A DNA stretch of 64,000 nucleotides from Candidatus Omnitrophota bacterium. Lineage in GTDB: Bacteria; Omnitrophota; Gorgyraeia; Gygaellales; Profunditerraquicolaceae. The notes under the pieces are model-generated. The model had not been told where the DNA came from and did no database searches. It saw only the letters and a list, made by a program, of their open reading frames with translations. The stretch covers positions 650 to 64,649 of the forward strand of contig JAHKAP010000002.1 in the NCBI GenBank assembly GCA_018825985.1, written 5' to 3'. Positions 11,159 to 17,005 of the stretch are shown here, one piece after another (the first letter of the stretch is position 1; every line of letters begins with the position of its first letter). The position numbers and the translations under genes are program-made.

Positions 11159-11282
11159 AAATGGGGTCAGAATTATTTTTTCACAAAAGAATGGGGTCAG
11201 AATTATTTTTTTTCCTTATTTTGTTTTATAAAAAAATAATTCTGACCCCATTTCTAAAAAAATAATTCTGACCCCATTTTTT
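11159..11282. repeat. Composite palindrome: two direct copies of AATGGGGTCAGAATTATTTTTT followed by two inverted copies. Likely a bidirectional terminator or REP-like element. The same 22-mer pair recurs at 60627-60687.
   Basis: Direct copies at about 11160-11181 and 11190-11212; inverted copies AAAAAATAATTCTGACCCCATTT at about 11231-11253 and 11257-11279. Read directly from the sequence. Confidence 0.8.
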
Positions 11283-11317
11283 AAATACCATAAATTAATG
11301 GACTTAGGGATAGAAAA

Positions 11318-11326
11318 TGATATAAT
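11318..11326 (+). promoter_or_regulatory. Candidate extended -10 promoter (TGaTATAAT) for the atp/gsp cluster
   Basis: TG at 11318-19 and TATAAT at 11321-26, 37 nt upstream of the atpC-like start. An AAGG ribosome-binding site lies about 9 nt before the ATG at 11364. No good -35 hexamer. Confidence 0.35.
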
Positions 11327-11363
11327 ATTAAATTGAAAAAGTATATCATTTAAGGCTGAAAAT

Positions 11364-11591
11364 ATGTTTGATGTATTAATCGTAACTACAGAAAAGGTTC
11401 TATTCGAGAATAAGGTAAAGAGCCTGGTTTTGCCCGGGGAACACGGGGTATTCGAAATATTAGATTACCATAAGCCGGTAATGGCCAGGCTTATGGGAGG
11501 CAATATCTTCGCCGGTGTAAACGTATTTAAGATCTGCCGGGGCATAGTTGGTTTTAGTAAAAATAAAGCAACGGTTATCGTCGAACAGTAA
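11364..11591 (+). CDS. atpC: F-type ATPase epsilon subunit, truncated form of 75 aa with the beta-sandwich domain only
   Basis: FDVLIVTTEKVLFENKVKSLVLPGEHGVFEILDYHKPVMARLMGG aligns with the E. coli epsilon N-terminal domain ([41 protein letters not shown]). The C-terminal helical hairpin is absent. Confidence 0.7.
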   Translation: MFDVLIVTTEKVLFENKVKSLVLPGEHGVFEILDYHKPVMARLMGGNIFAGVNVFKICRGIVGFSKNKATVIVEQ

Positions 11592-11603
11592 TTAGGCTAA
11601 GCG

Positions 11604-11680
11604 CAGGGACGGTTCTCATGCCAAAGCTAAAGTGTCCCCGAAAAGGGGACACTTTTAGAACAAATTGAGAACCGTCCCTG
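11604..11680. repeat. Nested palindrome, GGGACGGTTCT family copy A. Outer stem CAGGGACGGTTCTCA/TGAGAACCGTCCCTG; inner hairpin GTGTCCCCgaaaaGGGGACAC.
   Basis: Inverted repeats read directly. Sits between the atpC-like and atpE-like genes. Related copies at 25764-25806 and 37736-37812. Confidence 0.85.
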
Positions 11681-11711
11681 AATTGACTGACGGCAGGCAG
11701 GATGAGGGATC

Positions 11712-11924
11712 ATGGATAAGAACCTATCATTACTATTGATTTTTACCTCTTGTATTATAGGTCCGTGCTGGGTTTTTGCCGCTTGCGCGAAATCCAGCAT
11801 CAATGCTCTTGGACGTAACCCGTCCAGCGCACCCAAGGTTTTTATCGCAATGATCATTACCTTGATTTTCGCTCAGGCAGCGGCCTTGATCGCGATGCTT
11901 ATTGCGTTCCAATTATTCAGTTAA
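11712..11924 (+). CDS. atpE: F-type ATPase c-subunit-like proteolipid, 70 aa and two helices, with Gln at the position of the conserved ion-binding carboxylate
   Basis: Two hydrophobic helices joined by an ALGRNPSSAPK loop (compare ARQPE/ARNPE). The residue 20 positions after the loop Arg is Q (codon cag) where E/D is conserved. Helix 2 contains no acidic residue. A GAGGG ribosome-binding site lies upstream. Confidence 0.65.
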   Translation: MDKNLSLLLIFTSCIIGPCWVFAACAKSSINALGRNPSSAPKVFIAMIITLIFAQAAALIAMLIAFQLFS

Positions 11925-11939
11925 TTAAAGGGGTGATAT

Positions 11940-12668
11940 ATGCTAATTGTGTCTTTAGTAATTTTTCAGATAATAATCTTCATCACCTTGACTGTTGTAT
12001 TGCGTAAGCTGCTCGGACGCAATGTAACCAGCGCTACGGCCCATTTGGATTATTTGTCAGCGGAATTCGCCAGGAAAGAGAAAGAAGTCAAAGCCCAGTA
12101 TGATGAGGCTAAAAGACAGAGCCAGGAGATCCTGGCAAATGCTTTAAAAGACGCCGATTCTCAGAGGGAGAATATATTAAAAGAGGTTCAAAAGGAAAAA
12201 GAGAGAATAATTTCTGAGTCTCAAAATAAGGCTGATGAAATAGTAAAACAGGCGGATAAGGCCAGAGAGAATCTTTTGGCTGATATCAACCATCAGATAC
12301 AGAGTAAATCGCTCCAACAGGCTGTTAACCTGCTTCAATTATCTTTGCCGGAAAATATCAGGGTAGAAATCCACCGGCATTGGGTGGATGATCTAATCAA
12401 TAATACTTTTGAACAGTTAAGTAATATTCATATACCAGAGGGGACAACCGAGGCTAAGATAGTTACCCCTTTTGCGCTTACTCCAAAGCAGCGGGAAGCC
12501 TTAAATTCTAAGATCAAGGAAAAGCTGGGTTTTAATCTGGATCTTAAAGAAGAGATCGAGATGGGAGTAATCGCCGGATTAGTCGTTCATATCGGCAGTT
12601 TAGAATTAGATGGTAGTTTAAGATCTAAAATCCTGGAGGCGGGGCATGCCCAGCAAGCCAATGAATAA
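11940..12668 (+). CDS. atpF: F-type ATPase b-delta fusion: N-terminal TM helix and coiled coil (b), C-terminal OSCP/delta-like domain
   Basis: N-terminal TM helix LIVSLVIFQIIIFITLTVVL, then a charged coiled coil. The C-terminus LTPKQREALNSKIKEKLGFNLDLKEEIEMGVIAGLVVHIGSLELDGSLRSKILE resembles the delta C-terminus (..VDPSLIGG..V..GD.V.DGS....L). Confidence 0.6.
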   Translation: MLIVSLVIFQIIIFITLTVVLRKLLGRNVTSATAHLDYLSAEFARKEKEVKAQYDEAKRQSQEILANALKDADSQRENILKEVQKEKERIISESQNKADEIVKQADKARENLLADINHQIQSKSLQQAVNLLQLSLPENIRVEIHRHWVDDLINNTFEQLSNIHIPEGTTEAKIVTPFALTPKQREALNSKIKEKLGFNLDLKEEIEMGVIAGLVVHIGSLELDGSLRSKILEAGHAQQANE

Positions 12669-14139
12669 CGGCAGTAACGGCGACGCCCTCGTTAAATTTG
12701 ATGTCCGGGAGGCCGGAACTATTAAATCGGTCCGGGAGTGTATTATTCGGGTTAAAGGCCTTCCTTCTTGTATTAACGGCCAGATGATCGAATGCAGCCA
12801 GGGCGGGCAAGGAATGGTTTTAGGATTTAATGAAGAAGAAGCCCATATAATGGTTTTTAAGAGTAATGCCCCGCTACGCGCCGGAGATGAAGTATATAGC
12901 AAGGGCCAATTCCTGAATTTGCCGGTTGGTGAAAAATTTTTAGGCCGGGTAATTGATCCTCTTTGCGAACCGGTGGATAATTTAGGGCCAATCGAGCCGG
13001 ACGCGTTTTTTCCGGTATTCCGCGAGGCCCCTTCAGTTATGGACCGGGTTCCGGTCAAAGAGACATTAGAAACCGGGACCTTGCTTTTGGATGCGATTAT
13101 CCCAATTGCTAAAGGACAGAGGCAGCTTTTGATCGGCGACCGGCTTACCGGGAAGACTACAGTCGGGCTGGATGCTATCCTTAATCAGAAAGAAAGAGAA
13201 GTTATCTGTATTTATTGCAGTATTGGAAAGACATATTCGAGTTTAGTTAAAGTTCTCAATCTTTTTAAGGAAAAAGACGTAATGCCTTATACTATAGTGG
13301 TCAGCGGAGTGGCAGCGATCTCAATGGGTGAACAATACCTGGCTCCTTATACCGCGGTAACCTTAGGTGAATATTTTATGCAAAAAGGCAAGGATGTTTT
13401 TGTGGTTTTTGACGATCTCACCAAGCATGCCTGGATCTACCGGCAGATATCGCTTCTGATGGACCGGGCTCCGGGAAGAGAAGCTTATCCGGGAGATATA
13501 TTTTATATCCATTCTCAGATGATGGAAAGAGCCGGATATTTAAAACCGGAGTTAGGCGGTGGTTCAATGACTTTTTTTCCTATCGTGGATATTTTGCAGG
13601 GGGATGTTACCGGGTATGTCTCCAGTAACCTTATTTCAATGACTGATGGCCAGATCTATTTCTCAAGCGCGCTTTTTAATAAAGGAGTTAAACCGGCTAT
13701 AGACTTTGGGCTTTCAGTATCCCGTATCGGAAACAAGGCCCAATGGCCGGCAATGAAAGCGTTAAGCGGCAGGCTCAGGCTTGAGTATATCCAGTATCAG
13801 GAACTTTTACAGATGACCCAATTAAGGACTACGGGATTATCCAAAGAGGCAGAGGAGAGGATGAAGAGGGGGCAGGCAATGACCAATATCCTGATCCAGG
13901 CGAAGAATAACCCTATCAGTATGGAAACGGAAATAATCTTTTTGTTCGCTTTAAGCATCGGCGTATTGGATAATTTATCTGTAGCGGATGTCAATAAATT
14001 CAGGGTTGATTTTCCTAAACAGGCCCAGGAGTGGTTCCCGGAACTTTACGTTAACCTACGCCAAAGCCAGATCATGGATGATTCGGTGATCGCCCAACTG
14101 TATGAGGGATTGGGCAGGTATTTCCAGTCAACCGCCTAG
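12646..14139 (+). CDS. atpA: F1 ATPase alpha subunit
   Basis: Walker A GDRLTGKTTVGLDAILNQ. Conserved blocks QYLAPYTAVTLGEYF, DDLTKHAWIYRQISLLMDRAPGREAYPGDIFYIHS. Confidence 0.9.
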   Translation: MPSKPMNNGSNGDALVKFDVREAGTIKSVRECIIRVKGLPSCINGQMIECSQGGQGMVLGFNEEEAHIMVFKSNAPLRAGDEVYSKGQFLNLPVGEKFLGRVIDPLCEPVDNLGPIEPDAFFPVFREAPSVMDRVPVKETLETGTLLLDAIIPIAKGQRQLLIGDRLTGKTTVGLDAILNQKEREVICIYCSIGKTYSSLVKVLNLFKEKDVMPYTIVVSGVAAISMGEQYLAPYTAVTLGEYFMQKGKDVFVVFDDLTKHAWIYRQISLLMDRAPGREAYPGDIFYIHSQMMERAGYLKPELGGGSMTFFPIVDILQGDVTGYVSSNLISMTDGQIYFSSALFNKGVKPAIDFGLSVSRIGNKAQWPAMKALSGRLRLEYIQYQELLQMTQLRTTGLSKEAEERMKRGQAMTNILIQAKNNPISMETEIIFLFALSIGVLDNLSVADVNKFRVDFPKQAQEWFPELYVNLRQSQIMDDSVIAQLYEGLGRYFQSTA

Positions 14140-14163
14140 ATAAAATGGAAAATAAATATAGAG

Positions 14164-14243
14164 CACGGATTCTCACGGATTTTTATGCGGATTTACACAG
14201 ATTCATCCGTGTGCGTCCGTTATTTTATCCGTGTATATCCGCG
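14164..14243. repeat. Iteron-like array: CACGGAT-type direct heptamers followed by their inverted copies (ATCCGTG) at about 10-11 bp spacing
   Basis: CACGGAT, CACGGAT, GCGGAT, then ATCCGTG, (G)TCCGT, ATCCGTG, ATCCGCG. Between atpA and atpG. A homologous array lies at 37165-37247. Confidence 0.8.
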
Positions 14244-14269
14244 CCTAAGGCATTATTTATTATAGAAGA

Positions 14270-15121
14270 ATGAGATTACTTGCCCAGATAAAAAAGGACC
14301 TCGATTTTAATAATAATCTCTATAACCTGGTTGAGGTATTAAAGGAAATCTCTATATCCCAATACCGGATCATGGAGAAGAAGATCAAGTCATTTGATAA
14401 GGTTTTTAACGCGCTGGAGAGCCTTTTTGAGATGTTTGACCCGGAAAGCTCTAATCATCCGCTTATCAATACCGGCAACCGGCAGCCGGGAGTGATAGCT
14501 ATAACTTCAGATTCCGGGCTTTTGGGCGGTTTGAATATGCAGGTTATGAATTCAGCGGTTAAAGAAGCAGTTTCCTCCAGGGCTACATTGATAATAATCG
14601 GAGAAAAAGGTAAGGTTTTTGCTAAGGATAGCGGTTTACCTACAGTTAATTTTAAAGGGATCAAGGATGAAACCAGGTATGAGCAGGCCGTGGAGTTAAG
14701 GGATTTTATTGTCAAGGAGGAATTAGCCGGAAGGCTGGGCGCGTTAGAGATGATTTATCCGTATTCAATATCCTTATTTTCCCAACAGGTCCAGGTGATC
14801 AAGCTTTTGCCTTTTTCTAAGGCGGATAATATCCGGGTGAAAAATGAGGGGAGCTTTTATCCGGATATAATTTATGAATCTCCGATCGATGATGTCGTAG
14901 GTTACCTGATCTATCTTTTATTATCCCGTAAGTTTTATGAAACATTCGGCCTGGCCCGCCTGGCTGAGATGTCCGCGCGGTATATTCATTTGGAAAATTC
15001 CAAGACTAAGATTGAGCAGTTAAACAAAGAACTAAAAATGCAGTATTTCCGCACGCGCCATGAACTTATTGACCGGAATATCCGCGAGCTGTTTGCCTCG
15101 CGCTTAGCAGTCCATAATTAA
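14270..15121 (+). CDS. atpG: F1 ATPase gamma subunit (divergent)
   Basis: 283 aa, positioned between alpha and beta. Predicted N- and C-terminal helices (C-terminus LNKELKMQYFRTRHELIDRNIRELFASRLA). Similarity to gamma is weak but consistent. Confidence 0.55.
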   Translation: MRLLAQIKKDLDFNNNLYNLVEVLKEISISQYRIMEKKIKSFDKVFNALESLFEMFDPESSNHPLINTGNRQPGVIAITSDSGLLGGLNMQVMNSAVKEAVSSRATLIIIGEKGKVFAKDSGLPTVNFKGIKDETRYEQAVELRDFIVKEELAGRLGALEMIYPYSISLFSQQVQVIKLLPFSKADNIRVKNEGSFYPDIIYESPIDDVVGYLIYLLLSRKFYETFGLARLAEMSARYIHLENSKTKIEQLNKELKMQYFRTRHELIDRNIRELFASRLAVHN

Positions 15122-15123
15122 TT

Positions 15124-16512
15124 ATGAATAATAATGAAAAAGTAGGCCGTGTAATATCAGTTCAGGGACCGGTTGTGGATGTTAAATTTTCGTCCACAGA
15201 TGAAATACCGGACATACAGGAGAATATTAATACCGCTACCGTGGACGGACAAAGAATAGTTTTAGAGGTTGCCGAACATCTTCCGGGAAATATCGCCAGG
15301 TGTATCGCGATCAACTCCACTTTTAATTTACAGCGCAACTCGCCGGCCCATCCTACGGGCGAGGCGATCAAAGTTCCTGCCGGAGACAGCATTTATGGCA
15401 GGATTATAAATGTCTGGGGCGAGCCTCTTGACCAGAAAGGGCCGATAAACACCACGGAATGGCTTCCGATCCGCAGGCCCAGGTCAGATTTTAAGATCTA
15501 TTCCCAGAAGGAAAAAGTAAAATTTGAGATACTGGAGACCGGGGTTAAAGTAATCGACTTACTTTTCCCGCTGGTCAAGGGGAGCAAAAACGGGATCTTA
15601 GGAGGCGCGGCTTTAGGAAAAAGTATCCTTACCTTAGAGATCATCCATAATATTGTGCGTAAGACCCGGGGTTCCTGCGTCTTCGTGGGCGCGGGAGAGC
15701 GTATCCGCGAAGGTAATGAACTTTATCACGAACTCTCTCACCGTAATATTCTATCCCGCACCGTATTGATATACGGTCAGATGAATGAGCCTCCGGGAGC
15801 GCGTTTTGAAGTGGCGATGAGCGGGGTTACGCTGGCTGAGTCTATCCAGCGCAAGAATCAGGATGTCTTGCTTTTTGTGGATAACATTTTTCGTTTTTTA
15901 CAGGCTGGGGCCGAGATATCCAGCCTTTTAGGCAGGCTTCCTTCTGAAACCGGTTATCAGCCTACCCTGGTGGCTGAAGCCAGCGAGTTCCATGAAAGGA
16001 TCCGCACAACTAAAGAATCCGGGGGTTCCATTACTTCAATTGAAGCGGTTTATATTCCTGCCGATGACATTACAGATCCGGCAGTTGTAACCTTGTTCAG
16101 CTTTATGGATTCGATCATGGTCCTATCCCGTCAGAGAATACAGCTAGGGCTTTATCCGGCAATCGATCCCCTTCTATCTTCGAGCGCCAACCTGGACCCG
16201 GATGTTGTCGGCCGCCGGCATTATGAAATATCCCAGGAAGTTATCCGCGTGCTCCAGAGATACGAGGAATTGCGCCGCATCGTTATGGTTATTGGCATTG
16301 ATGAACTTTCCGCCGGGGACCGGACCATTTATGAAAGGGCCAGGAAGGTCCAGTATTTTATGACCCAGCCGTTCTTTGTCGCGGAGGCCTATACCGGGAA
16401 GATGGGTGAGTATGTTAGTGTAGAGCAGACCATTGAAGGCTGCGAAAAAATAATCTCAGGCCATCTCGATCGCAAGCCTGAGAATGATTTTTACATGATC
16501 GGAAAGGTGTAA
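15124..16512 (+). CDS. atpD: F1 ATPase beta subunit (divergent P-loop GGAALGKS)
   Basis: ETGVKVIDLLFPLVKGSKNGILGGAALGKS, VFVGAGERIREGNELYHE, YGQMNEPPGAR, LLFVDNIFRF.QAGAE.S.LLGR.PS..GYQPTL, IDELSAGDR (DELSEED-like). Confidence 0.9.
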   Translation: MNNNEKVGRVISVQGPVVDVKFSSTDEIPDIQENINTATVDGQRIVLEVAEHLPGNIARCIAINSTFNLQRNSPAHPTGEAIKVPAGDSIYGRIINVWGEPLDQKGPINTTEWLPIRRPRSDFKIYSQKEKVKFEILETGVKVIDLLFPLVKGSKNGILGGAALGKSILTLEIIHNIVRKTRGSCVFVGAGERIREGNELYHELSHRNILSRTVLIYGQMNEPPGARFEVAMSGVTLAESIQRKNQDVLLFVDNIFRFLQAGAEISSLLGRLPSETGYQPTLVAEASEFHERIRTTKESGGSITSIEAVYIPADDITDPAVVTLFSFMDSIMVLSRQRIQLGLYPAIDPLLSSSANLDPDVVGRRHYEISQEVIRVLQRYEELRRIVMVIGIDELSAGDRTIYERARKVQYFMTQPFFVAEAYTGKMGEYVSVEQTIEGCEKIISGHLDRKPENDFYMIGKV

Positions 16513-16516
16513 AAAT

Positions 16517-17005
16517 ATGTCAGGAGATCATAAACGTATCGGAGAGATATTGATCGAAAAAGGGTTGATCACTGAGGCCCAGTTGCATGATGCTTTAATG
16601 GAACAACAGGTAAATTCAAAATTTTTAGGGGCGATTCTGGTAAGCAAAAATTTGATCACCAATGATGATCTGATCGAGTCTTTGGCCAGTCAGTTCGGCA
16701 TCCCGCTGGTAGATATAAAGAGCCATTATGTAGATATGGAACTGGCCCGGAAATTCTCCTCATCGCTTATACTTGACCACAAATGTTTTCCTTTAATTGA
16801 AGATGAGTCAAGCGTGACCGTAGCGATCATTAATCCGCTGGATGCCTTGGCAATCAGCAAGATCGAAGAAGCTTGTATGCCCCGGGAAGTAAAATTAGTC
16901 CTGGTTAAAGAGGAAGATATGAAGAATGTCTTAGCCAGTTTCAGGCTATATATTAATAAGAGCATACAACAGATGCTGAAGAAAGATAAAAAGCCAAATG
17001 AATAA
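16517..17005 (+). CDS. Standalone MshEN / T2SS-E N-terminal domain protein with tandem c-di-GMP-binding-type motifs
   Basis: RIGEILIEKGLITEAQLHDALMEQQ and FLGAILVSKNLITNDDLIESLASQ match the MshEN motif RLGxxLxxxGxIxxxxLxxxLxxQ. The rest resembles the GspE N-terminal domain. Overlaps the next gene by 8 nt (ATGAATAA). Confidence 0.6.
   Translation: MSGDHKRIGEILIEKGLITEAQLHDALMEQQVNSKFLGAILVSKNLITNDDLIESLASQFGIPLVDIKSHYVDMELARKFSSSLILDHKCFPLIEDESSVTVAIINPLDALAISKIEEACMPREVKLVLVKEEDMKNVLASFRLYINKSIQQMLKKDKKPNE

Noticed and set aside
11627-11857. Minus-strand 76-aa ORF spanning the palindrome and the c-subunit gene
   Set aside because: It overlaps a well-supported c-subunit gene, and its N-terminus is just the reverse reading of the palindromic repeat. 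No homology.
12618-13058. Minus-strand 146-aa ORF overlapping atpF and atpA
   Set aside because: It is antisense to two clearly conserved ATPase genes and has an Arg/Ser/Pro-rich composition typical of antisense frames.
14164-14243. Possible DnaA-box cluster or origin of replication (TTATCCGTG resembles TTATCCACA)
   Set aside because: It matches only 7 of 9 positions. The arrays sit inside operons (atpA-atpG, rpsL-rpsG) rather than near dnaA or dnaN. The same heptamer logic also appears with a different word (ACACGAA). It is better explained as an iteron or REP-like family.
11364-16512. Cluster as a V/A-type or flagellar FliI-type ATPase rather than F-type
   Set aside because: The alpha/beta pair, a gamma-like subunit, an epsilon beta-sandwich, a two-helix c proteolipid and a b/delta stalk are all F/N-type hallmarks. 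There is no FliH, FliJ or V-type D, E or F homologue.
16517-17005. 162-aa ORF as a split-off N-terminus of GspE (pseudogenised by frameshift)
   Set aside because: The downstream 716-aa ORF carries its own complete GspE N-terminal domain, and the two ORFs are translationally coupled (ATGAATAA overlap). It is more likely a genuine separate gene.
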